A stretch of DNA of 64,000 bases from Octopus vulgaris (lineage: Eukaryota): the NCBI GenBank assembly GCA_951406725.2, contig OX597823.1, forward strand, positions 110,856,001 to 110,920,000, read 5' to 3'. Below the pieces are notes generated by a model, which was given only the letters and a program-made list of their open reading frames with translations, was not told the origin of the DNA and did not search any database. Of this stretch, positions 41,520-53,473 are shown piece after piece. The position numbers and the translations under genes are program-made. Position 1 is the stretch's first letter. Every line of letters begins with the position of its first letter.

Positions 41520-41775
41520 TCTTCATCATCATCATCATCGTCGTTGTTGTCGCTTAACGTCCGCTTTCCATGCTAGCATGGGTTGGACGATTTGACTGAG
41601 GTCTAGCGAACCAGATGGCTGCACCAGACTCCAGTCTGATCTACCAGAGTTTCTATGGCTGGATGCCCTTCTTAATGCCAACCACTCTGAGAGTGTAGTG
41701 GGTGCTTTTACATGCCACCGGCACGAGGGCCAGTCAGGCAGTACTGGTAGCAGCCACGCTCAAATGGTGCTTTGT
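41520..41775 (-). mobile_element. Family D (RTE 3'UTR)
   Basis: Same motifs as 40215-40580. Confidence 0.85.
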
Positions 41776-42174
41776 TCGATAATATTTGTTAATAAAAAGT
41801 GAGACATAAGGTTATGGCTAAATTAAGAAAATAAATAATAATGAATAATGGAACAGCCAGATGGAGGAACAGAAAGACATACACACGTATACATACACTC
41901 ATGCAGGCACGCCACACACACACACACACACACACACTTCAAATGTACCCACATCTTTCTGTTGTAAGTGCATTTTGTCAGTTTTATATTCTGCTGTTTC
42001 AAAATTTTAGTGCTTATCTTGTTGTTTTGTACTTCTGAGAACACGGGTTCAAATTGTGATGTGAGTAATATAACTAATAACGATAGGTGAGGGCCTTTCC
42101 TCATATATTTACACAGGCAGAGCATGATTAAAGGATTTCTAACTTTGACAAACCCAGCTTTTATATTTTTTCAC

Positions 42175-42406
42175 AAGGCAGCGAGCTGGCAGAAATGTTA
42201 GCATGCCGGGTGAAATGCGTAGCTGTATTTCGTCTGCTGTTATGTGTGAGTTCAAATTTCGCCGAGGTTGACTTTGTCTTTCATCCTTTTGGGGTCGATA
42301 AATAAAGTACCAGTTTCACACTGGGGTCGATGCAATCGACTTAATCCCTTTGTCTGTTCTTGTTCGTCCCCTCTATGTTTAGCCCCTTGTGGGCAATAAA
42401 GAAATA
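42175..42406 (+). mobile_element. SINE family A, full length
   Basis: AAGGCAGCGAGCTGGCAGAA...AATAAAGAAATA. Confidence 0.9.
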
Positions 42407-42432
42407 TATATTTTTTCTCAAATGGTATACTA

Positions 42433-42835
42433 CGCAGGAGTGGCTGTGCGGTAAGTAGCTTGTTTACCAACCACATGGTTCCGGGTTCAGTCCCACTGTG
42501 TGGCACCTTGGGAAAGTGTCTTCTACTATAGCCTCAGGCCGACCAAAGCCTTGTGAGTGGATTTGGTAGACGGAAACTGAAAGAAGCCCGTCGTATATAT
42601 GTATATATATATGTATGTTTGTGTGTCTGTGTTTGTCCCCCTAGCATCGCTTGACAACCGATGCTGGTGTGTTTACGTCCCCGTCACTTAGCGGTTCGGC
42701 AAAAGAGACCAATAGAATAAGTACTGGGCTTACAAAAAATAAGTCCTGGGGTCGATTTGCTCGACTAAAGGCGGTGCTCCAGCATGGCCACAGTCAAATG
42801 ACTGAAACAAGTAAAAGAATAAAAGAAAAGAAAAA
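42433..42835 (+). mobile_element. SINE family B, full length
   Basis: A/B boxes, CORE-like segment, internal (TA), GAAACAAGTAAAAGA tail. Confidence 0.92.
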
Positions 42836-42895
42836 GCATTTGTGCATGGATATATAACTGTTAATATCAATGCATTGATGAGTGCATGCATTTCT

Positions 42896-43013
42896 GCATA
42901 CGGCCATATCACATTGAAAGCATTGGTTCTCATCCGATCACTGAAGTTAAGCAACGTGAAGGCTAGTTAGTATTTAGATAGGTGACCACTTGGGAAACCT
43001 AGGTGCTGTAAGT
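42896..43013 (+). pseudogene. 5S rRNA pseudogene (near full length)
   Basis: GCATACGGCCATATCAC...GGTTCTCATCCGATCACTGAAGTTAAGCAACG...TTAGTATTTAGATAGGTGACCACTTGGGAA...GGTGCTGTAAG is colinear with metazoan 5S; several CpG-type transitions, altered box C region, no oligo-T terminator. Confidence 0.9.
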
Positions 43014-43025
43014 GTCACACATTAT

Positions 43026-43195
43026 AGGTGTAGGAGTGGCTGCGTGGTAAGTAGCTTGCCTACCAACCACATGGTTCCAGGTTCAGTCCCACTACATGGC
43101 ACCTTGGGTGAGTGTCTTCTACTATAGCCTATGGCCGACCAAAGCCTTATGGGTGGATTTGGTAGACGGAAAGTGAAAGAAGCCCATCATATATA

Positions 43196-43236
<41 letters not shown>

Positions 43237-43432
43237 CCTCGTGTGTACCGTTGGCGATTTTTTACCCCTGTCTTCCCTTCTCTGGATCTTTCCTTCTCCT
43301 ATGTTTCCGACGAAGAGCTCCGCTCGAAACGTTAAACCCTCCTTCTTTCCTTCTTTCCTGAGCGTCTAATAATACTATATTTGTTCCACGTCCTCACGTT
43401 GTTGTGTTTTTTTGTGCTTTCTTGTTTGGATG

Positions 43433-43474
<42 letters not shown>

Positions 43475-43705
43475 GTGTATATGCTTGTGTGTCTGTGTTT
43501 GTTCCCACAGCATCGCTTGACAGCCGATGCGGGCATGTTTACGACCCCGTAACGTAGTGGTTCGGCAAAAGAGACCGATAGAATAAGTACTAGGCTTACA
43601 AAGAATAAGTCCTGGGGGCGATTTGCTCGACTAAAGGCGGTGCTCCAGCATGGTCACAGTCAAATGACTGAAACAAGTAAAAGAGTAAAGAGAGAAAAGA
43701 GTAAA
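43026..43705 (+). mobile_element. SINE family B split by a family H1 insertion in its internal (TA)n
   Basis: B 5' half 43026-43190 and 3' half ~43470-43705. Confidence 0.88.
43213..43437 (+). mobile_element. Family H1 element with minimal hammerhead variant (43303-43337)
   Basis: GTTT-CCGACGA-A-GAGCTCCGCTC-GAAACGTT-AAAC; (TA)n on both sides. Confidence 0.78.
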
Positions 43706-44149
43706 TATACTCTTGTGCATGAGCATGTGTGAGTTTGTATATTCACAAAAGTCTCAATATATTCTATAGATTTCATGTGTGCATTTACATGGGTCTGTAT
43801 GCAAATCTGCTTGTGTCTCTTTCACTAGGTTTACCTGTATACACTTACATGTATATCCATGTGTATAATTATTATCACATGTAAATGCATGCAGATCTTT
43901 GTAGAGGCATGTAAATTATGACATGTACATAGTATCCATGATAAGAATAAATTACATTGCATGTATGAGTATATGTGTGTATGTTTATATATATACATAC
44001 ATATGAAGGTGTATGTGTGTGTAAATATATACATATATATATATTATACATACATATATGTATATATACATACATATACATACTTGCACACACATTTATA
44101 CATACATACATACATATATATTTATATATATATATATACATATATTTAC

Positions 44150-44191
<42 letters not shown>

Positions 44192-44944
44192 CACACATAT
44201 ACATATAAGCACATGCATATACTTATATGTAGCCATGTGTATCTATTCATACTTACATTAATATTTGTTTGTTTTTGTAAATACATATAAACATCAGTGT
44301 ATATACATACTCAGTCACACATGTCTGTTTATGTTTACTACATGCACACACACTTATATACACATGTACATGCTCGTGTGTATGTGTGAGTACGCATGAA
44401 GTACGTGTGAGTACGTGTGAAGAATTCATTGTTATGTCTTTAGACATTTTCTTTCTTTTTATCCCTTAACATTGCATTTTTCCCAGTTTCCTCAATTAGG
44501 CCACAGAAATTAAGTTAACCCAATGCATTCGTCAGCATAATGTTGTAGATGCTGTTGTGAAAGTCGCTGTGTCACACCAATACAAAGAAATATTTGTCTC
44601 GGTCTTTGTTGAAGGCTTCGGACTCTTGGGATTTGGTAAATGTATAGAATTGTATCTAGAAATAACTATAGAAGCTTGTCAAAGATGGGACACAATATCA
44701 AGAAGTTGGAAACATTGCTGATTAGTTTAAAAACGGGGAAAGAAGGAAGAGAAAGATTAAAAAGAAAACGAAAGGGTATTGTAAAGAAAGAAAAGAATAA
44801 AAAAGAATAAGAAACAGGGATGGAAATGATTGATGAAAGAGAAGAAGAATAGAAGAAAAATGGTGAAAGAATTCTTTGGCAAAGGTACTGTTTTCTTCCT
44901 TCCAGAAAAAAATAGCATCAAATATTTTCATTTCCTGATCAGTA

Positions 44945-45094
44945 CACACACACACACAGACACACAGACACACACATACACACACACACACATACACAGA
45001 CACACACAGACACACACACACATACACAGACACACACATACACACACACACACACAGAGACACAGACACACACATACACACACACACATACACA

Positions 45095-45137
<43 letters not shown>

Positions 45138-45165
45138 ACACAGACACACACACACATACACAGAC

Positions 45166-45221
<56 letters not shown>

Positions 45222-45256
45222 AGACACACACACACACACACACACACACACAAGCA

Positions 45257-45293
<37 letters not shown>

Positions 45294-45415
45294 ACACACA
45301 CACACACACACATACACAGACACAGACACACACAGACACACACACACACACACAAGCACACACACAGAGACACACAGACACACACACGCACACAAACAAG
45401 CGTCCATTCACACAC
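44945..45415 (+). repeat. Long interrupted (CA)n tract
   Basis: Direct reading; source of the spurious 342-aa HT and 249-aa CV ORFs. Confidence 0.95.
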
Positions 45416-45769
45416 ATTCTAGCACATGTGTATGTATGTGTATCAGAATGTTTCTCTGTATTTGTGTGCATTTATATAGTCTAGTGTGTAGCTTTGCTTG
45501 TACAGTCATACATGCATCTATGTATGACCAGTTGTATATACATCAGTGCATGTATTACAAATTTGAGGTACCCGAATCACTAAGGTGCTACTCACCTAGA
45601 TTGCAGCGAATTTCTTACCCAAGAACTAAATACCCAGTCAGTTGTGCATTTAAATTTCAGATTGTCTTTGAATGTTTATTTTCCGTTTTTGTTTTATCCT
45701 GGTGGTTGCTAAGATATCTAGTTTCTAATGAAATACCTTTCAAGCCTATACTATCTACATATCATGTCA

Positions 45770-46275
45770 CCGAGCAGTGGTTCATTATCTGGTCTGAAGT
45801 GCGCGGTGCATGTCGAGCACCTTTGCGGGCGCCGATGCAGCCGATGCATGACCCTTAGTCAAGAACAGTGTCGGTTGGGGAGTTTGATTGAGGTGGTATG
45901 TCTGTCAAACGGTAACGCAGGTGTCCCAAGGTTAGCTCAGCGTGGACGGAAACCACACATTGAGCAAAAGGGCAAAAGCTCGCTCAATCTCGATTTTCAG
46001 TACAAATACGGACCACGAAAGCGTGGTCCATCGATCCTTTCCAAATTACAGTGGTGAGCTATGCGTCCACCAAGAGGTGTCAGAAAAGTTACCACAGTTA
46101 TGACTGGCTTGTGGTGGCCAAGCATTCGCAGAAACGTCGCTTTTTGATCCTTCGATGTTGGCTCTTCCTATCATTGCGAAGCAGAATTCGCAAAGCGTTG
46201 GATTGTTCACACACTAACAGGGAACGTGAGCTGGGATTAGACCATCGTGAGACAGGTTAGTTTTATCCTACCGAT
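45770..46275 (+). pseudogene. Dispersed 28S (LSU) rRNA fragment, domain V / peptidyl-transferase region
   Basis: Contains GGGGAGTTTGA, CTGTCAAACGGTAACGCAGGTGTCC, GAGGTGTCAGAAAAGTTACCACAG, TTTTTGATCCTTCGATGT.GGCTCTTCCTATCATTG, GGATTGTTCAC, GGGAACGTGAGCTGGG and CGTGAGACAGGTTAGTTTTA in canonical order; substitutions at normally conserved sites; no flanking rDNA; 5' boundary approximate. Confidence 0.95.
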
Positions 46276-46278
46276 AAA

Positions 46279-46449
46279 AGCATGGCTGCAGTCTAATGAC
46301 TCTATGGTAAGAAGCTTACTTCTTTCTAAACCACATAGTTCTGGGTTCAGTCTTACTGCATGTCACCATGGGCAAGTGTCTTCTAGTATAGCCTCAGGCC
46401 GATGAAAGTGGATTTGGGAGACAGAAACTAGAAGACCATTATGTGTGTA

Positions 46450-46490
<41 letters not shown>

Positions 46491-46613
46491 ATGTGTATGT
46501 GTGTGTTTGTCCCCTCATCATTGCTGTTGGTATTTTTTTATGTCCTCATAACTTAACGGCTCAGCAAAAGAAACTGATATAATAAGTACTAGGCTTAAAA
46601 AAGATAAGTCCTG
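46279..46613 (+). mobile_element. Diverged SINE family B
   Basis: TGGTAAGAAGCTT..GGGTTCAGTC..GGGCAAGTGTCTTCTAGTATAGCCTCAGGCC. Confidence 0.75.
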
Positions 46614-46821
46614 TGACTTTCAGATATAGTGCATTTATGACTACTTTCTCCAATGTGTTCCTTAGACAACATTTATAGGAGTATATTTTTCTATTTGTCT
46701 TGTTTTGATGGCAGGATTTAATTTGAGGGAAACTTATTCACAATTTCTAGCAGAGTGACAGCCCTCACGGTGTCAGCCTTATTGTCTTGACGTAACATTG
46801 CAACCCATAAAAATAATTGCA

Positions 46822-47010
46822 AATTTTGGTACAAAGCCAGCAATTCTAGGAGAAGAGGCTAAGTGCTGGGGTTGATTACATCAACCCCCAGTATTTGATT
46901 ACATATTATTTTATTGACCCCCAAAAGGAAGAAAGGCACAGTTGAACTCAGAACATAAAGGGCCAGAAGAAATACTGTTGGACATCTTTGTCTGATTCTG
47001 TTTGCTCACT
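46822..47010 (-). mobile_element. Diverged SINE family A (alternative tail)
   Basis: TTGATTACATCAACCCC...GAACTCAGAAC. Confidence 0.6.
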
Positions 47011-47214
47011 GCCATAGTGCAATCCTTATTAATGCATTACCTCCATATCTTATCTGAAACTTACCATCACTTGAAACTGGGATGAAAACTGTTCAGAATG
47101 TTTGCAAGAAGCTTTCCAGGAAAATGCAGACATTGGTAAGCTCCACAAAGCTGAGAGCACTGGAAACATATTGCCAGGGTTGAAGAAAATTTGTGCAGCA
47201 AGTAGATCCTGGGA

Positions 47215-47343
47215 TACTCTTTACTTGTTTCAGTCATTTGACTGTGGCCATGCTGGAGCACTGCCTTTAGTCGAGTAAATTGACCCTCAGGACTTATTCT
47301 TTGTAAGCCTAGTACTTATTCTATCAGTCTCTTTTGCTGAACC

Positions 47344-47387
<44 letters not shown>

Positions 47388-47610
47388 TACATATATATGT
47401 ATGTGTGTGTGAGTATATGTTTGTGTGTCTGTTTGTCCCCCCAGTATTGCTTGACAACCGATGCTGGTGTGCTTATGTCCCCGTAACTTAGCGGTTCAGC
47501 AAAAGAGACTGATAGAATAAGTACTAGGCTTACAAAGAATAAGTCCTGGGGGTCAATTTGCTCAACTAAAGGCAGTGCTCCAGCATGGCCACAGTCAAAT
47601 TACTGAAACA

Positions 47611-47645
<35 letters not shown>

Positions 47646-47971
47646 AATAATGAAGGGTGAAATTAATTAATTTGGAATAATTATCAATTACACCAAGTAG
47701 TCTTCGGCATGTAAAAGCCTCATTCGAGGAAAATTTAAGTAATACTAAGCAATAAAGGGTTTAGCAACGAATTGCCTTACCACAGACCGAATTTAGAAAT
47801 AGCAGTCAAAGAGTTATAGCTATTTCTTCTACTAAAAAGGGAGATCTCAGTAAAATTGCTGTGTTTTTTACTGAGATCTCCCTTTTTAGTAGAAGAAATA
47901 GCTATAACTCTTTGACTGCTATTTCTAAATTCGGTCTGTGGTAAGGCAATTCGTTGCTAAACCCTTTATTG

Positions 47972-48009
<38 letters not shown>

Positions 48010-48187
48010 TATACATATATACGATGGGCTTCTTTCAGTTTCCATCTACCAAATCCACTCACAAGGCTTTGGTCGACCAGAGGCTATAGTAGAAGACACT
48101 TGCCTAAGGTGCCATGCAGAGGGACTGAACCCGGAACCATGTGGTTGGTAAGCAAGCTACTTACCACACAGCCACTCCTACGCCTAT
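47215..48187 (-). mobile_element. SINE B (minus) split by an opposite-strand B 3' half (47400-47610) and a palindromic element
   Basis: B 3' part 47215-47345, B 5' part 48020-48187, with (TA)n tracts at each junction. Confidence 0.8.
47641..47975. mobile_element. Palindromic (TA)n-flanked element, family H3
   Basis: Perfect 110-bp inverted repeat 47746-47855/47866-47975 with 10-nt spacer; unpaired extension 47641-47745 homologous to 50835-50934. Confidence 0.8.
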
Positions 48188-48285
48188 AGGAATTTCAAAA
48201 TCAGATCCCCATCATATTCGAAGGTCTGACAATGAAAATGCTGCATTCCAAAAATAGCCCATGTTCCAATGAAAATGATCCAGAC

Positions 48286-48340
48286 TGAGTGGTTCTTAGT
48301 GAGTGGTACTTAGTGAGTGGTACTTGTGAGTGGTACTTAG
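48286..48340 (+). repeat. ~14-bp minisatellite (GAGTGGTACTTAGT) x4
   Basis: Direct reading. Confidence 0.85.
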
Positions 48341-48555
48341 CAAGATGTGTAAAAGATGCACACTTACTTAGAAAGACCGTTTGGAATGACAAAGCTATAT
48401 TTAGATTAAATGCGCATTTAACTACTACAATTGCATCTACAAGGAACCTAAGAATGTGCATATTAAGTTATCAGGAGTTACAAAATGTTGTTGCTTATTA
48501 TAAAAGGGATTAATTGGATCATTTTTTTCTTGTGATACTGTAATTGTACTACTTA

Positions 48556-48817
48556 AATAAATAAATAAATGTGCCCTTTTAAAGCCTAGCCAGGCTCATG
48601 GTCCCGGTATCCTGGTTTCAATGGTGTATGTGTTCCCCAGCTGGATGGGACGCCAGTCCATCACAGCATTACTCATTATTGCCAACTGAGTGGACTGGAG
48701 CAGCGTGAAAGGAAGTATTTTGCTCAAGAACACAAAGTGTCGCCCGGTCCAGGAATCGAAACCACAATCTTACGATCATGATGCTGACACCCTATCCACT
48801 AAGCCATGCGCCTCCAC
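48556..48817 (-). mobile_element. SINE C-related subfamily, full length
   Basis: Reverse complement of 35437-35700. Confidence 0.85.
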
Positions 48818-49114
48818 AAATTGTACCATTTACTTGAACTTAATGTGACAATCTATCCAGTGATATGGGGCATTCCCATGAAGAGAGTTTGGAGTTTGCC
48901 TAATAGAAAATTCTTTGTACATTGGATTTAACATCACTAGACATTTCTTATGAAGATACTTAAAAGTAAAATTTTCAGTGTTGACAACAGTTGACAAATT
49001 GAGGGCAGCCATTGAATAAGAAAACACACAATTACTGAATAAAATGTTTCCTGATGTTTGTAGTTCCATTGTTTCACATTATCAGCAGTGCATGGAACAT
49101 ACATATATATATAC

Positions 49115-49146
<32 letters not shown>

Positions 49147-49580
49147 GAATATATGTATGTATATATGTATATATATATATATAAAAGGAAATATATTTTA
49201 ATGAACACTGACTTTATAATCATTCAATGAGTGTAAACATTTTTGGGGAAGACATGGTATATACATATACGTATGTATTTAAGTATGTGAAGCTGTACAA
49301 CAACCGTAGCTGGTGGACAAGAGTTCATTGTCTTTGTATTAAGGATTTTATAATGGTCAAACGATTTCACTCATGCCGGACTATGAAGATTCCAATCATA
49401 TAAAAGCAGGCCCAAAACATAGTCCCACAGATGCACACACACACACACACACAGACACACACACGCTCACAGACATACATGTATGTGTATATATAAATTA
49501 TATTTCTTAGTATATACATGCATACATACATATATATATACATATATATATATATATATGAACATATGTATGTATATATG

Positions 49581-49626
<46 letters not shown>

Positions 49627-50389
49627 TTCATATGTACATATATATATATATATATATGTATGTATATATGTATATATCTATATATATATATTAATCTATT
49701 TATTCATTTATCTATATTTATATACCCTTGATTCAATAATTCAATGATGAAGCATTTCCTATTTCATTCGTTTATTTATTTGACAAATATTGACAATGAC
49801 TTTTGCTTCTTTCACTGAACAGAATAATCTATCAGTTTAGATTTTTATGTATTCTTCAATTTGAAAAGGAAAAATGGAAGACGAAGGAAAAATTTACTTT
49901 AAAGAGAAATTTGGTTCAAAGGAAATTTAATCACAAGTAACAAATTTTACAAACAAGCAAGCAAATAGGAAATCATGAAAATATGACAAAATAAAATTTA
50001 AAAACATGTTAAAAATAACACACAACACCAAAATCAATTTTAAACTATAGAAATAGAGATTGTTTAATTAAAAACAAACCACGATGTTCTGGCATTCATT
50101 AACACTATTGTTAATGGCTTTCTGTTGTGTTTCGTTTTGTTTTCTTTACATTTCCATTCTGTTTTCTGAGTGACAGCAGTTTGGCCAATTGGATGCGGTA
50201 GATGGCGGCTCCAGTTCATTACAAGTCAGGAGGTCAAATTTGATGATGATGGTAATGATGATGATGATGATGATGATGGTAGTGGTGGTGGTGGTGTTGG
50301 TGTTGGTGGTGGTGGTGGTGGTGATGTTAACTATAGCCACCATTATCGCCACAAATTTGGAGAAAAAAAGAAAAAGAATTCCAGACCTT

Positions 50390-50610
50390 GAGTCTGTGTT
50401 TGTCCCCCTCCACCGCTTGGCTGTCAGAATTGTTGTGTCTACATTCTCATTACTTAGTGGTTCAGCAAACAAGACTGTTACAACTAGTACCTGGCATTAG
50501 AAAACAATAAGTTCAGGGGTCGATTCTGTCAAATTCCTTCTTTGTGAGGTATCGTGGTGCCCCAGCATGTCTGCAGTCTAATGACGGAAACAAGAAAAAC
50601 AAGAAAAAAA
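50390..50610 (+). mobile_element. Diverged SINE B 3' half
   Basis: GTCTGTGTTTGTCCCC...CCCAGCATGTCTGCAGTCTAATGACGGAAACAAG. Confidence 0.65.
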
Positions 50611-50834
50611 ATCAAAGGTGAGACCCTCTTCTTGCTTATTTAATGTGACAAAAATAGCTGCCATTTGTGCCACCCCCGTCTCAAATAAAACTTTACCATT
50701 TCAAATAATCAAGGCTACAAGGAAAATGTAGTGCTTGATATACAGATTAGATGGCCATGATTGGAAAGTCTCCGGTCATAGGTCTGCTGCATCAGGGATA
50801 ATATACAGATTATATGATATATATAATACAGATT

Positions 50835-51180
50835 AATAATAACAAAAGGGTGAAATCAATTAATTACGAGGTAATCATTAATTTCACCAAGTAGAATTCA
50901 GCATGTAAAGGACCAGTTCATGGTAAGTTAAGTAATACTAATTAATTAGGGATCAGCAAACGATTTGCTTCACCACATACTGAAATTTAGAAATAGCAGT
51001 CAAAATCTTGGCTATTCTTTCTACTTTAAAAGGAGGTCCCAGAGAAACCGAAGCACTCAAAAGCAAACCACGCAGGTAGAAGGGAAAAAAGTAGAAAGAA
51101 TAGCCAAGATTTTGACTGCTATTTCTAAATTTCAGTATGTAGTGAAGCAAATCGTTTGCTGATCCCTAATTATTTAGTAT
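50835..51180. mobile_element. Palindromic element, family H3 (second, diverged copy)
   Basis: Arms 50935-51027/51088-51180 (2 mismatches seen), 60-nt spacer; shares AATTTAGAAATAGCAGTCAAA and the upstream extension with 47641-47975. Confidence 0.8.
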
Positions 51181-52347
51181 AATACAGATTAGATGATACA
51201 ATACAGGCATGATATACAGATTAGATGGCCATGACTGGAAAGTCTCTGATCATAGGTCTGCTCCATCAGAGATGATATAATGATAAACAACCACAGTAGC
51301 AGTGATTTCTAATATTATATGATATGCAAAGACCATTCAGCTTATTTAGGGCTGGATTAAAACTTATTGAGGCCCTAAGCACTTAAAAAGATTTTGGAGT
51401 TTCCATTTATATCTAATTCAAAATATAAATGATAATAAACCATAAAATAAATTTTTATTTTCAAAACAAAACAGAATTGTAAAATGGTAAAAAGCATTTA
51501 TTTTTGCATACTTCCTCTTTATTTATACAGGTCATTGTTGACTTATGACCACCATTGGTTCTAACTGACTGGTCATAAGTCAATTTGGTCATAAGTTGGC
51601 ATTTTTACTGGTACCCAAATTGAAACCTATAGATCACTTTGTAGTAAAAGGATAGAGAAAAAGGAATAGCATTAAGGCCACAAAACCTCTATATACACAT
51701 GTGTATTTCAGATAGCAATGTGGGGAACAATAACTACTAACTACATGGTTATAGAATAATAGATAATAGACTTAGGAATAATTGACAAAAGACTTAAATG
51801 CAGTATAATGAAATTGTAACAAAAGAACAGAAAGAGCCTATCAACATTAAGCAAAGTACTCGGGAAACATAGATTTAAGGCCATTAAGTGTATGTTGTGA
51901 AGGGAGACAGTTGAAAGGATCTTTATTCCTGACCTCAACTACTTTGGAGAGAAAATGTCTTGCACATGGTGCATGCAATTTCTTTAAGAGACATTCTTAA
52001 AACAAGGCCTTGCTAAAATTGACAAACTAAGTTCTATGAGAAATTCCATGACTATCGAAAACAAGGGATAATGCACACCTGAACATCTTCTATGAAAGGA
52101 AAGGTGAGACTTGCATCATTGCACTGATGTTAGAGTTATTTGAGCAAAGAAAAAGGATCATCATCATTTAAGTTGCACATTCAATACTGCAAGAGTGGAT
52201 AATGCATGTGTAAGGAACACTCCCAAATTATTTTTGAAGAGATTTTCATACCTACAGGGCAATTAACCTGCATGATTATACACAACTTAAGCTGTTACAT
52301 CCCAAATATCTGTCATACGTCTGTTATGCTTGCACTTGGTAAAATAT

Positions 52348-52576
52348 TTAACCCATTTGATACCAACCCAGCTGAAACCGCTTCTGGCTCTGTAATACAA
52401 ATGTCTTGTTTTCATAAGTTTAGAATTAAAATCTTCCACTAAACCTTAGTCACAATTTATGTTCCTAACACCAGCTTAACGATAACCAAGTTATTTTACT
52501 GAATTCTTTGTTATATTTAAAGTAATTGAAACAAACACAGAGCAATTCAAAATAAATACGGTAACAAAAGGGTTAA
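52348..52576. mobile_element. piggyBac-type MITE
   Basis: TTAACCCATTTGATACC ... GGTAACAAAAGGGTTAA; homologous to 26620-26848. Confidence 0.82.
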
Positions 52577-53129
52577 TGGGAGTGTTCCATCAGAACTTCT
52601 GTCAAGGTTTGTGTTGATGTAGAATGATCCCTGGATAGTCTTTTCTACTGAGAGTATTATGTTTTGTTTTGCACCAACATCTCATGTCATAGAAGAAGAG
52701 ACTACCTTGATGATATTTTCTAGTAATTATTGATTACATGTATTATGTCCTCCACAGAAGACTCATTACATCCTGAGGTTAATTAGTGTTTTACTGGATC
52801 ATTTAGTCCTACAGTAATTAAAATCTGTCTTCTGCTTTTGAGTCGCAAAAACGTGAGCTTCGAGATGTGACATGATGCAACAGTCATCCATCCAAGAGAA
52901 GTTAGACTTCATGCTAATATTGTCATTTTTTAATGTTTTTGAGAAGCATAGCCATGCATGACATTTTTGTAGAATTCAGTGTTTCTCCACCAGGTTTTTG
53001 CTAAGATATGCAACCCCTGCACTTGTATGTATGTGAATCTGTGTGCATGTGTACACATGCCTATATTAGATGTATGTGTATTCTCCTCTACGTCAAATAG
53101 TTGTCAGTTATCTATCTACACACAAATCA

Positions 53130-53430
53130 CTATTATCATCATAACCACTTAGCATCTGTTCTCTGTGCTGGCATAAATTTGATGGTTCAACTGGAGCTGG
53201 CCACCTGGAGAGCTACCTGCACCCCAATTGTCTGTTTTAGCATAGTTTCTATGGCTAGGTGCCCTTCCTAATGCCAACCACTTTACAGAAAGCACTATGT
53301 GTGTTTTAACTTGTCCCTGACACAAGCAGATTTATGTGGGACAGGCAGGGGTGCTTTAAGTGGCACCCATAAGTGACACTTTTACATGGCACCAGCACAG
53401 GTGTTTTTATGCATCACTTTTGCATGGCAC
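53130..53430 (-). mobile_element. Diverged family D
   Basis: GGTGCCCTTCCTAATGCCAACCAC and repeated TTTT..TGGCAC units. Confidence 0.6.
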
Positions 53431-53473
53431 AAATATACGTGTGTGTGTGTGTGTGTGCATGTGTTTGTGTGTG

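Noticed and set aside
44722-45858. 342-aa His/Thr-rich and 249-aa Cys/Val-rich ORFs
   Set aside because: Translations of a (CA)n tract; the poly-I/L/N, YI and YLSI ORFs elsewhere are likewise microsatellite translations
45770-46275. Functional rDNA unit
   Set aside because: Only ~0.5 kb, with substitutions at conserved positions and no 18S, 5.8S or remaining 28S nearby
50953-51162. Near-identical ORFs on opposite strands
   Set aside because: Artefact of the H3 palindrome
51540-51598. Small inverted repeat TTGACTTATGACCA..TGGTCATAAGTCAA and a nearby hAT-like terminus at ~51347
   Set aside because: No matching opposite terminus or TSD found, so it could not be classified
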